Source: Candidatus Micrarchaeia archaeon (lineage in GTDB: Archaea; Micrarchaeota; Micrarchaeia; CAILAH01). From it: a stretch of DNA of 64,000 nucleotides. Both the position numbers and the translations under genes were made by a program. Position 1 is the first letter of the stretch. Every line of letters starts with the position of its first letter. The notes beneath the pieces were generated by a model. The model worked only from the letters and a program-made list of their open reading frames with translations. It was not told where the DNA came from and searched no databases. Positions 12,001 to 18,050 of this stretch are shown piece by piece. The DNA lies in the NCBI GenBank assembly GCA_038874595.1, contig JAVZCB010000002.1, forward strand, positions 96,001 to 160,000. The letters run 5' to 3'.

Positions 12001-13530
12001 TGAGGTTCTTATTAAGGTATTATTGCTACTCGTGACCAAAATCCCATCATACTTATTCCTCCTTGCAATTGAATTTGTTATATTCACATCTAGGGAATTA
12101 GAAAGTGATATCCCCACCCCTCCTATCTTTGTTCCGTAAACTATTGTTCCATAAGCATTGTATACATTTGTGTTAGTTATTTCTGAGTTGTTTACATTGT
12201 CAAAAAGTATATTCACACCATACCCAGTAACCGTACAAGATGTTATTAGAATATTGCGCCTGTTCTCAGCATAAATTCCTACTGAAGTGGCATCATTTGA
12301 TGAAGATGAAATCGTATACCCATTACAGCTTAAGATTACGTTGTTTGCGTTTATGTTTATGCAATGGTTATCTGACTGCACACCTGAGATAGACCTCATC
12401 AAAACATAGGTATTGCCTTCTGTGTCAAGGTTTCCACAAAATCCAATATATATTGTTGGGTCAAGCGTAACCCATCCTTCAGGTGTGTAAAACCTCATAG
12501 ACCACTCCACACTTTCACTTGCATTTACTCTGAGGAACACTGTTTTTGACTCACCCGGACCAAGTATTACAGCATCGTAGTCCCTGCCCGCGGCCTTGGG
12601 CTTCTTCTTACTTACCTTCTCATAAATCTTAAACCCTGCTTCTGTCTTTTTGCCTCTATGCAGAGAAACCGCTTTTACTGCTTTTGCATCTGAAAATTTT
12701 GCATCATCCATCAATATTTCTACAGTGTTCTGGCTATCCATATTTTCAATATCTATTGGTACATCACAGATGTTATCATATAGACAATATACCTCCTTAT
12801 CTGCTGATATCCTTATGCTACCTGATGAAACCACCTTTTTATTATCAGCCACACTCTCTTGATAGTTTGCTGTCCTTGATAAATCAATATCTTCTGTGAG
12901 TGTATAATCATCAATCGCTGTTTGGTTTAAACCAATACCTAGTTCACTGCTGGCATTACTTAACGGCTCTTCAGGTGCCAGCCCCCAATCAATTGCACTC
13001 TCATCAGCCGTCTCATCGCTAGGAGGTTCCATCGAATTTGCTTCAGAAAAGTTGCTCTCAGGGACAGGTGGCAAAGGCTCACTTGCTATGTCCACTATAT
13101 CCACGTATAGGCCTGTTGCGTTCTGGGTTTTATCCTCATCAACCTGGATCTTGCTTATATCTGCATATATCGCATTATTGGAGGAGATATCCATCTCATC
13201 AATATCCGATTTAATATTATCAGCGTTCCATTGCTGCATTTCCTGCTGCTCTGATAAGTCTTCATTATCTGGATTATTCGCTTGCAGCGGCAGGCCAACG
13301 CTTGGCAGCACACCTGCTTCGTTTTGGGTTGAGGAGGGAGGTTGTGCTGTATCTGTATTCCATTTCGTCTGCATTTCATCCTGAATAGCAAAAGATTCGT
13401 TAGAAACATTCCCAATCTGTTGTGTATAAATGCTAAACGTATCATTAGAAAACGTCGCAAATATGCTCAGCAATGCTAAGAACAATGTTATATCTAATAT
13501 AAAAACAAAGACTGCCAAACGCCCATGCAT
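1..13530 (-). CDS. Giant (>4,510 aa, 3' end outside the window) secreted surface protein with parallel beta-helix (NosD/CASH/PbH1-like) modules
   Basis: ATG at 13530 gives MHGRLAVFVFILDITLFLALLSIFATFS (signal/anchor). The same frame is open at every point I translated (12960, 11460, 9300, 2460, 60-1: YSGYLLIGGTNNRLVNVSSY), and the ORF track lists no stop-bounded ORF in this frame. Six modules begin with C-x-I-x3-G-x-Y...C(V/I)xINxSNVxFDCxG(Y/H)xI...NVTVxNC and continue as Asn-rich beta-helix coils with many NxS/T sequons. Confidence 0.9.
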   Translation of the reverse strand, partial: MHGRLAVFVFILDITLFLALLSIFATFSNDTFSIYTQQIGNVSNESFAIQDEMQTKWNTDTAQPPSSTQNEAGVLPSVGLPLQANNPDNEDLSEQQEMQQWNADNIKSDIDEMDISSNNAIYADISKIQVDEDKTQNATGLYVDIVDIASEPLPPVPESNFSEANSMEPPSDETADESAIDWGLAPEEPLSNASSELGIGLNQTAIDDYTLTEDIDLSRTANYQESVADNKKVVSSGSIRISADKEVYCLYDNICDVPIDIENMDSQNTVEILMDDAKFSDAKAVKAVSLHRGKKTEAGFKIYEKVSKKKPKAAGRDYDAVILGPGESKTVFLRVNASESVEWSMRFYTPEGWVTLDPTIYIGFCGNLDTEGNTYVLMRSISGVQSDNHCININANNVILSCNGYTISSSSNDATSVGIYAENRRNILITSCTVTGYGVNILFDNVNNSEITNTNVYNAYGTIVYGTKIGGVGISLSNSLDVNITNSIARRNKYDGILVTSSNNTLIRTSKLLANEYCGVNIISSTGSFIDRSNFTVYTGGIPIQTYYGYRGVCSVNSEYTTIQKGLIEGHTNAGIYTEGSKYIIVNSTQFGFKTNNESVKFVNTNSSIIANSVFNFSTVDILALHVIKSRNISVASNRINGIITGIWLNESNATIFNNSFYSLVLEIYIQNYYGGNSIQYNKFNRRLLSENVPAIIFENKQDSTKDIIRHNKINPPPNQPANDPLYQSFVEISKASNIEISSNNISSCTFGVSLSEGTLSPSFKKTLWDINISNNKIFNTSIGVYVNYLVEILANSEISGNTLDLVNTSRLPQTITSVVFSYYSNLYNVSINRNNVQNIGKSEFCSGIIALNISESRIIGNRFMNSSGCEIQDNKGYIYVRNMINSNISNNIAKDGTYLLKDMDISNKLIENISFYNNTCYLLKSCFSCVTTLKNVTIAKNNVTNTGVGFFITGVAENITFVYNTFYKNAISIYFASSKDGLNISGNYFEQFIDTQEFGVPTAIVMIDMQNAKVYNNTIKDTNGGITILANSIHSSSIYNNTIEGPFGGSLLISDLGGIFIYYLKSVANPNSLQIFNNHIDGKCGGCAWGITAYSDEMNLAYTEIYNNTIKGMEGALHIKNLISIDVYDNRFVDAGQSVVSNVLISKFENNTFTNTRKLTGTTLSFFKFNNNTFSSNSNGIVLSEIAYSNITNNQLVDVIDGADVSYGKEILIANNSINRCGSSCMIIREFMYEGVNKFLNNSFSNCGGYGLYLNNVTFAKIENAYIQNTTNYGLYAINYLVGTGDYAIVFNNIQIYNTSSPLFVNRSVNYLKNPRFVGLVMGYNSSIGKIKMGDFYIQYTDVNTTNYRAAPDFVSLNAPTLTNIPANITLNTSSCNKLKIYKKPGFPTSRNEILTYGLLCPNCRLLSCTGDYVLFNVTSFSGYTTSSDIYSCIIINESGNYKIKNNLEGAPIDVHLADLGMDAKVCVEINASNVVFDCDGHFIRNTDVGGTTGGIFVDTRRSNVTVKNCNVSKYMYGITVYNASNSIITNNKVHNNWVGINLLHNTYNITVVNNTVYNSSSANIISQNFAHFTSYNIIKNNTASFGAYGLRVIKDDNIQISNSTYHSSQHNLYITSSQVTLSNMRIYNGSSTDFVFYPDTSSSITAAGITFDSPTNGLSKFTNLSFTDTSSIPYYMKWSSAPASPPAGRVSFKDKYVLINSTTTSIDNVVFTWSDSELPGYDEGTFELWGYNYTSGSWVLFNNTPDTANNQIRLSNVNFPAVYGLFSFTGSSCGVISSSGTYILFNNVTGAPVLVSLPEVGMQVRACIDVNASNVILDCMGYAVKNDGTLGPNGAVGILVDSTRSNVTIRNCKVLNYTQGIATYNAQNNKIYKNTIYNNSQYGAIIFYNSQNNLLTNNTLYNNTLGGLAVRYLSPSNNLTRNIIYQSAQDGVYVSLTSNKNLIHNNTIYRVGRYGVYIDTSHNNTITSNRIYYTTNNGIALGSSQNTTIQDNTVHSGNVYGISLASSSYNKVINNTLYNYTNTNYGYTVYLTASHYNNISLNNIYNGRYGYVVVGSSNYNKIFRNRAYNFTRDGYAIGYSSSHNIVAFNNASKCSYYAYEIYQSAYNTTLANNTGRQNYVGIYLNTKANTISLYNNTIGTNQYYSLWINNATNVFVDRDHYYNNTNDIRVLNGPLTYNLSNVMIDSPAGIKQNYTILSLNDVVPSSEQYYIKWTTNSSALPTDAVSFRRKFVDISTVSGTPSIDKIVWHWDDQETSGYNENRFSLFKYSSGVWSQVNQSPDVNFNTLSLFNHNPASIYGILENTTSICMVINQPGRYTIRNDIYGAPNTGLPYVNKNVCIFVNTSNVEFDCNGYSISNNGVSNAIGVLSVYRDNVTVKNCSITGYKNGIFLQGVFDSKLINNTVDSSEEHGIQLYLESYGNLVENNTVSNSGGVGILIDVSNRNIIRGNKVYNAAAGIVPYTSSPYNLIDNNTVYSCTPYGGIATFSGYNNFTNNVVYNSENGIYIQNANNNYISGNILRKNSIGLSINNGNDSIAQYNTIHNNTNTGIYVGYSENNTFRNSLLANNTNYGIIIHSSFNSSISNVTAERNLVGIHLGNNVNVSLNLSTARYNSLAGFRIIGGQRNLITNSIAHNNNDGIYLEISNNNLLSNVSAYYNTLNGILLHKSNRTLIRNSRAYQNTQFGFAINDSNYNNITDSYTSTNIGSEISSGVAIAFNSRNNILQNYTSYADLIGILIYNADNNIINSSNITQAYYSIYLAGTNNDYNSVINTTIKSQYHGIYSEGGTNNKYFNNTLIGPGGNGVGIYMKTGGESFNITRNIITQFKRGIHLESASCSDIFIDYNTVYGNSEYCIIEGGLNNKVRGNTVYNCLYGIFTAGSSSTMKNNEISGSGYGLFLQSPAALTANDTHLFNNSYDFYVGSISSGSYIRINNLTIDNPLGNFVNYTTLNLTDNYDAGASYYINWSSLNGITLPKMKRVFRNKVIDIKIASGTPSIDSISWQWKDSEVSGYDEGRLQLWKRNSTGWHLLNSTPNIQQNTLSLSNHIPLSNYTILESVNCPIINESGAYLMDSNYTGAPNAADPFSGYACVKITASNVIFDCEGYSIKNSGVQDSFGMLINGSVTNVTVSNCKVDGYDYNYVSYNSNLTKLLNSTLEDSQFNAYVYIGRNITLSGLVLNNSESHSIFVSTARDVLISNNTINYSTDGAGILVYRVNSSNILNNTVDWSYAGIGIYSEANSINITKNQVYNTQIYGGIFVNNADGIIITNNSGQNNNDGIYVSQVTSSKIVNNTFSQNFGYGARVLDSRNVEINSNIFFDNFEDGFYSSNLNDSRIIKNVIYLNKKEGCVFYKGRNNTIHNNTVYTNSKDGFDFTWSSYNNITSNIAYNNTQYGFAIGSSQNNSVSNNLAYNNSIGGFNVYYESTIQIGSNNNTLVNNTAERNRQFGFFIYRSSNNKFANNTARHNVNVSFALIRSNNNTLVNSSLYNSSFLVFVNESNYNNISYNSIYNSTYDCVAFMYNSNGNLLLHNQIYNCNYHGIEVNYYAYNITIIANNISGTAVNGIDLTRSLNNTIWLNNITNAYVAISLDRVNNTNIFGNRLYANRMAGMLFLRANNNDAANNSIYLNPVGASISGSVNTSLANNTLHSSSIVGYVFENQNNSIVSNEHIYNNSYDIFINSTFSGFVINITNTSIDNPLGNYVNYTRIYLSDVIDAGTSYVINWTSQPASLPTQRSSFRGKYLRISPIEGTPSIDSIKWHWADSETVGYKEQKLELWKYNTTHGWVLLNNTPDTVSNFLSLRDVVPLSEYGILQRNDSECFKISSSGSYVLYNNITGAPYTVYLSDINKQIAVCVEINSSNVVFDCMGYSVRNNGTNSIDGSIGVLVDANRQNVTVRNCKVQNYTHGVTTYLASGNFIHNNTVFNNSQFGILLAYMSNYNNVENNTLYNNSAAGLGAYISSQYNNFTNNTAYSNLYGFYIYASNSNKIIRGKSSNNSYGVRIEYSNNNNFTLYNSSNNSYDGFYLIGSVQNIINSSIASFNSQNGIVLRDGSTDNVIRNSTFTRNTAAGISIIRDSHNSKILQNNVSFNGQGGMIIHSYNLVLSVMYTNLSGNDIYNNSQFGILIGDRSPYSYIYNNSIHHNYGDGVLTASSNNTLMLNKVYRNQGHGLYFYPSRNQTIYGNSVYNNSYGITLSYCGNSSIILNNVTQNSNAGMLIYGTESTIITNNTVRLNQEGMLFQSNSQNNFIGSNKIANNSYYGIHMVESGNNLIKNNIFENHTTNNGKSILAEFVSNITVVENVFRMNYEHIRLRNSATSNISENNMSLSYSHATNVYNSSRINVSSNRISFAVFGGGIVYELGNLSVAYRNVINNSAFGIATNSSNHSIFENNTVYNCGSGAYAGYVIYQSDNNTMRNNIGYNNNPDGVLVYMSTRSNIINNTMYSNTKNGFDVFESSYNALNNNTAYLNGEYGFILNGAVYNNVTGGKSYNNSYSGYLLIGGTNNRLVNVSSY

Positions 13531-13813
13531 CAATTCTTATGTAATGACAAAGTTTATAAAGAATAATTTAGGTTACGCATCTTTAGATTCTATTATGATA
13601 TTATTGCAATAGATTTAATACAGTATATAGAGTTTTTTAGTACAATGTATAACATAGGTTACGTATACAACAAACAGCATGTTGGGCGGTGTTGTATGTT
13701 ATAAAAAAGGATCTTTTTCTGAAAAGCAACAGCACATCTTCCGGCCTCTTTAAGTTTTACTTTTGTGATTGAAATTAGCAAATGCTTAAAAAAAGCCAAA
13801 CTATAATTTTAGC

Positions 13814-15082
13814 ATGCTAGACATTGATATGTTCAGAAAAAACGCTGACGCAATCAAGGACAGCGAGAGGAGAAGATTCAAGGACCCCACAAAGGTGGAT
13901 GAGGTCCTGCGTCTTGATTCTGAATGGAGGGATGCACTAAAGCAGCTGGAGCTGCTCAGGAACAAAAGGAACATTGTATCTGAGGAAATAAACAAGATGA
14001 AGAAGGAGGGAAAGGAGGGTATCCAGGGCAAAATTGAGGATATGAGAAATGTTAATAGGGAGATATTAGAGCTTGAAAAAAGGTGCGAAGAGCTGCTTGC
14101 ACAGAGGGATGCTGTCAGGTATGGAATAGGGAATATATTACATAAGGATGTCCCCGTGGCTAAGGATGAAAGCGGTGCAAAAACAGTAAGAGAATGGGGA
14201 AAAATCGAGGAAAAGCCATTCAAGCCAAAGAGCCACGTTGACCTGCTTTTGGAAAGGAAGCTCATTGATATTGACACGGCAGGTGAGATAAGCGGTGCAC
14301 GGTTTTACTTCCTTAAAGGAGAGCTGGTGCGCCTTAATTTTGCACTTATCAATTATGCAATGGATTTCCTAATAAATGAAGGGTATACTCCTATGCATAC
14401 GCCTTTCATAATGAGAAAAGAGTATATGAAAAGGGCGGCAGAACTCTCAGATTTTGAGAATACCTTGTACAAAATAGATGGGGAAGATGCGTTCCTGATT
14501 GCAACAGCCGAGCAGCCACTTGCGTCATACTACGCAGATAAGATCTTAAATGAGGAAGAGCTGCCCATAAAGCTTGCGGGGTTCTCAACCAATTTCAGGA
14601 AAGAGGCGGGTGCACACGGAAAAGATACGAAAGGGATATTTAGGGTACACCAATTTGAGAAGGTTGAGCAGTATATATATTGCTTGCCAGAAGAGAGCTG
14701 GGATTGGCACGAAAAACTTATTAGAACAAGCGAGCGCCTGATACAGGGCCTGGGGCTGCCGTACAGGGTTGTTGACATTGCGAGTGGTGATATGAACGAT
14801 AACGCGGCAAGAAAATATGATATTGAAGTGTGGATGCCTGTGCAAAATACATACAGGGAACTGGTATCCTGCTCAAATACCACCGATTACCAGGCGAGGA
14901 AGATGAACGTGCGTGTGCTCAGGAAAAGCGGTGAAAAGCAGGTAGTCCATACGCTCAATTCAACTGCGCTGGCAACTGAGAGGACAATTGTGGCAATAGT
15001 TGAAAACTTCCAAAACGAGGATGGGACTATAACAATCCCCCGGGCACTCAGGAAATATATGGATAGCAAGGACAGAATATAA
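13814..15082 (+). CDS. serS: Seryl-tRNA synthetase
   Basis: MLDI start with N-terminal coiled coil; LIATAEQPL, FRKEAGAHGKDTKGIFRVHQFEKVEQ, ELVSCSN and HTLNSTALATER class II motifs. Confidence 0.97.
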   Translation: MLDIDMFRKNADAIKDSERRRFKDPTKVDEVLRLDSEWRDALKQLELLRNKRNIVSEEINKMKKEGKEGIQGKIEDMRNVNREILELEKRCEELLAQRDAVRYGIGNILHKDVPVAKDESGAKTVREWGKIEEKPFKPKSHVDLLLERKLIDIDTAGEISGARFYFLKGELVRLNFALINYAMDFLINEGYTPMHTPFIMRKEYMKRAAELSDFENTLYKIDGEDAFLIATAEQPLASYYADKILNEEELPIKLAGFSTNFRKEAGAHGKDTKGIFRVHQFEKVEQYIYCLPEESWDWHEKLIRTSERLIQGLGLPYRVVDIASGDMNDNAARKYDIEVWMPVQNTYRELVSCSNTTDYQARKMNVRVLRKSGEKQVVHTLNSTALATERTIVAIVENFQNEDGTITIPRALRKYMDSKDRI

Positions 15083-15191
15083 TGGGAGTTATTTGGGCTG
15101 AATAGCCTTAGGAGGTATTTCCGCACCGCTTCTCCTAACATCCAATCTGATTTATAAATGTTCCGCACAACACAATATTAGAGGTGTGCAT

Positions 15192-15587
15192 ATGGTAAAA
15201 TGGGAAACTATTGCAGAATTCTCCTTCCTGCTCGGTGTTTTGCTGGCGGTTTTCGTTGGCACGATGAATGCAGGAAATGATATGTCATACAACCTACTTA
15301 TGGCACTTGGTGTTATAGTCGGTCTCGTGAACATATTTGATTCGCAGCTGGAAAGGTTTCTGAAGGCGCTCACATATATGCTAATCTGCACAATAACATT
15401 CTATGTGCTTGCAACGCTCTCCGGTAATCCGATGCTGATGTTCTTTAAAGAGCTTTCAACCGCAATTGCGCTGTTTATAGCACCTATAGTATTTGTGCTC
15501 TCTGTGATAGATGTTTACCAGATAGCGATGGACTATAGAGAGAAAAAGGAAAGGGCTGCAAAAGCAGGTGCAAGAAAGAGAAGATAA
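15192..15587 (+). CDS. Small four-TM membrane protein, function unknown
   Basis: Four hydrophobic segments, GVIVGLVNI motif, basic tail; GAGGTG RBS upstream. Confidence 0.75.
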   Translation: MVKWETIAEFSFLLGVLLAVFVGTMNAGNDMSYNLLMALGVIVGLVNIFDSQLERFLKALTYMLICTITFYVLATLSGNPMLMFFKELSTAIALFIAPIVFVLSVIDVYQIAMDYREKKERAAKAGARKRR

Positions 15588-15610
15588 TTTTTTCCCATTT
15601 TTCATAATTT

Positions 15611-16417
15611 TTATTGTTGTGCCTTTGATATTATTCCAGCCAGTTCCGTGCCTATTTCAAGGATTTCATTATTGCTGAGCTCAAAGATGCGTTTTGAAAG
15701 GCCGTATTTATCAAACTGTTTTGGTATGGCGACGGGCTTTTTGCCTGCGACCTGCTTAAGTATTACCTTAAGTGAGGAGGCAAGCGTTTTCGGCCGATGC
15801 TGGAAAAGCATCGTTATTGCTGATGAAACTTCTTTGCTGAGTGGTGCAACCTTCTTAGGGACGAGCTCTATGAGCATTGAATCAACCTTTGGCACCGGCC
15901 TGAATGCTTGGCGCGGGACTGTAAATAGTGGCTCCATATCAAAGTAATACTGGCTGAAGAAAGACAGGCGCGATTTAACTTTGCCAGCCTCAAGCATTTT
16001 TAGGCAGAACTCTTTCTGGTACATCAGCACCGCACGCTTAAACCTCCAGTCAAGCAGGCGGAAAGTAATTTGCGAAGAAATATAATATGGGATATTACCG
16101 CAAACAATGTCTACTTTGAATGGAGCAATCCCAAGAAAATCCCCTTCTATCACTTCAACATTATATCCTTCAAATTTATTCCTGAGAATGGAGGCATATT
16201 CCGCATCTTTCTCGATTAGGAAAAGCTTTTTTGCACCAAGCGAGATGAGCCTTTCTGACAGCCTGCCATCTCCCGCACCTATCTCAACAATAGTCTTCTG
16301 GGAAGGGGCAACCAACTCCGCCTCAGCATCAAGATACTGTGCACTTGAAAGAAAACACTGGCCAAGTGATTTACTTCTTTTAAGGAAAAACTGCCGCCTC
16401 GATGTTTCACCTGACAT
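15611..16417 (-). CDS. ksgA: 16S rRNA adenine dimethyltransferase (KsgA/Dim1)
   Basis: LGQCFL, EIGAGDG, GNIPYYISS, MYQKEF and FRPVPKVDS motifs; conserved rpl21e-rpoF-DUF655-ksgA order. Confidence 0.93.
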   Translation of the reverse strand: MSGETSRRQFFLKRSKSLGQCFLSSAQYLDAEAELVAPSQKTIVEIGAGDGRLSERLISLGAKKLFLIEKDAEYASILRNKFEGYNVEVIEGDFLGIAPFKVDIVCGNIPYYISSQITFRLLDWRFKRAVLMYQKEFCLKMLEAGKVKSRLSFFSQYYFDMEPLFTVPRQAFRPVPKVDSMLIELVPKKVAPLSKEVSSAITMLFQHRPKTLASSLKVILKQVAGKKPVAIPKQFDKYGLSKRIFELSNNEILEIGTELAGIISKAQQ

Positions 16418-16421
16418 GGTT

Positions 16422-16994
16422 TTACCTGTACCTTGCAGGCCTTACAAACAAGTAATACTTTGAGCCTTGGAGCTCTTCCTCAACCCTCTGCGCAAGGAAA
16501 TCTGGAAGCCTGTTTATGTGTATACGCTTTTCGATATCCATGAAACTCTCGAATGGCTTCTTTGAGCGCTCTTCAACAATCGATGTCATTATTTTCTTGC
16601 CTATGCCGGGGATAAGCTCAAGCTGGTGGACGCGAATATTTATCGGGCCGCTCCTGTTAAAGAAGTCAACAAATTCCTGCTCCCTCAACGAAATTATCTT
16701 TGTTATGACATCGTGCAGGCTGCTTCTTGACGCGGAAGTAAGGTCATTAAAAAACACGCGGCCTTTTATACTTGCAATCTTATCACGCTCGCCCTTCCCG
16801 ACGTAAACACGCTCGCCAACTGTGAATGTCACACCTACTTTTGGGTAGGCTTCGAGTATTGTGAAAAACTTCTCACCAATAAGCTGTACAACGGGCTGCC
16901 TACGCGGGTCATCTGACTTACCGTAGGGAAGAAAGTCCAGGACGTATGCATTCTCTTCCATCTGCTTCTCAAATGATGCGCGCTCTTGCTCCAT
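16422..16994 (-). CDS. DUF655 family predicted RNA-binding protein
   Basis: YVLDFLPYG, RVYVGKGERDKI, HQLELIPGIGKK, PFESF; lies in its usual position between rpoF and ksgA. Confidence 0.92.
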   Translation of the reverse strand: MEQERASFEKQMEENAYVLDFLPYGKSDDPRRQPVVQLIGEKFFTILEAYPKVGVTFTVGERVYVGKGERDKIASIKGRVFFNDLTSASRSSLHDVITKIISLREQEFVDFFNRSGPINIRVHQLELIPGIGKKIMTSIVEERSKKPFESFMDIEKRIHINRLPDFLAQRVEEELQGSKYYLFVRPARYR

Positions 16995-17003
16995 ACAAAC
17001 AAC

Positions 17004-17342
17004 CTACAACGCAGACAATATGTCAAGCACCTGCTTTGCCTGGGCGCTCGTTATATCGCGTTTCTCCTGCTGAAATATAAGCTTAACTTCCTCCTCGGTC
17101 TTTGGCATGAGATCAATCAGCTTGACTGCCATAGCTTCGGAAGCAAACTGTAAATCTGCTATCTTATGCATAAGCTCGTGCGCTTTCGCGACACTCACGT
17201 GGCTGTACTTCTGTGCATAGTCAAGCGTAGCCTTCTGCTCAAAGCCAAGCTCGCCTTCCTTCTGCCTTTCCTCAAGTATATTTGCAACTTCACAGAGCGG
17301 AACCGCCCTTGCACTCTTTATCTCCTTACCTATCATCGCCAC
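17004..17342 (-). CDS. rpoF: RNA polymerase subunit Rpo4 (F)
   Basis: MIGKEI..., ELGFEQKATLDYAQK, AVKLIDLMPKT; operon context. Confidence 0.93.
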   Translation of the reverse strand: MAMIGKEIKSARAVPLCEVANILEERQKEGELGFEQKATLDYAQKYSHVSVAKAHELMHKIADLQFASEAMAVKLIDLMPKTEEEVKLIFQQEKRDITSAQAKQVLDILSAL

Positions 17343-17354
17343 ACCATTTTTGCG

Positions 17355-17633
17355 TTATCGTGCCATCTCAAGATGGACTGGCTGGGAGATAAGCCTCTTC
17401 TTCATCCCACCGTCCTGTATCTCAACGATGTATGAGCTGCCTTGCTTGCCAACGATGGTGCCATGCTTGCCCCTATATCGAGGGTGAGGCATGCCGCCGT
17501 GGCCTGCCTTAATGCATATTGTTACCTTGTCGCCTTCCTTAAATACCTTGAACACCTTTGTTACGCCCAGCCTGCCCTGCGATTTGAGAGACCGCGTATA
17601 TGTAGATAATGTTCCTCTTGACCGCTTAACCAT
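17355..17633 (-). CDS. rpl21e: 50S ribosomal protein L21e
   Basis: MVKRSRG...GMPHPRYRGKHGTIVGKQG...PVHL; start moved to the ATG at 17633. Confidence 0.95.
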   Translation of the reverse strand: MVKRSRGTLSTYTRSLKSQGRLGVTKVFKVFKEGDKVTICIKAGHGGMPHPRYRGKHGTIVGKQGSSYIVEIQDGGMKKRLISQPVHLEMAR

Positions 17634-17754
17634 TTTAAACAACCTTCCCCACACTGCTGATGGATGTGGTTTCTACCTGATGGGATATTTGGGTTTTAAT
17701 ACCTTTTTAAACTTAACTTGATAGTTATATATATGTATTTAAAAAGGTGGTTGT

Positions 17755-18045
17755 ATGCCTAAAAAACCAAAAAGAATTCCTCAACCAAAGTTCAGGATTG
17801 AAAACATCGTAGCATCAGCAGCGCTTAATGTTGAGCTTGACCTTTACTCAATTGCTATGGAAGTCGATGATGTGGAGTATGAGCCGGAGCAGTTTCCGGG
17901 TGCAATACTCAAGCTGAAAAACCCAAAGGCATCGCTCCTGCTTTTCAAGAACGGCAAAATCATATGTACAGGTGGGAAGAGCGAGGAAGAAGTTAAAAAC
18001 GCAATAATGCGCGCAATTAAAATCCTCACACCATACATAAAGTAA
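17755..18045 (+). CDS. Single-repeat (half-length) TATA-box-binding protein homologue, 96 aa
   Basis: One complete TBP repeat: IENIVASAAL...EYEPEQFPGAILKLKNPKASLLLFKNGKIICTGGKS; AGGTGG RBS at 17745-17750; TAA at 18043-18045. Confidence 0.92.
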   Translation: MPKKPKRIPQPKFRIENIVASAALNVELDLYSIAMEVDDVEYEPEQFPGAILKLKNPKASLLLFKNGKIICTGGKSEEEVKNAIMRAIKILTPYIK

Positions 18046-18050
18046 CCTTA

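Noticed and set aside
231-13612. About 20 short ORFs in the track across 231-13612
   Set aside because: Antisense or off-frame shadows of the giant minus-strand gene; no family motifs
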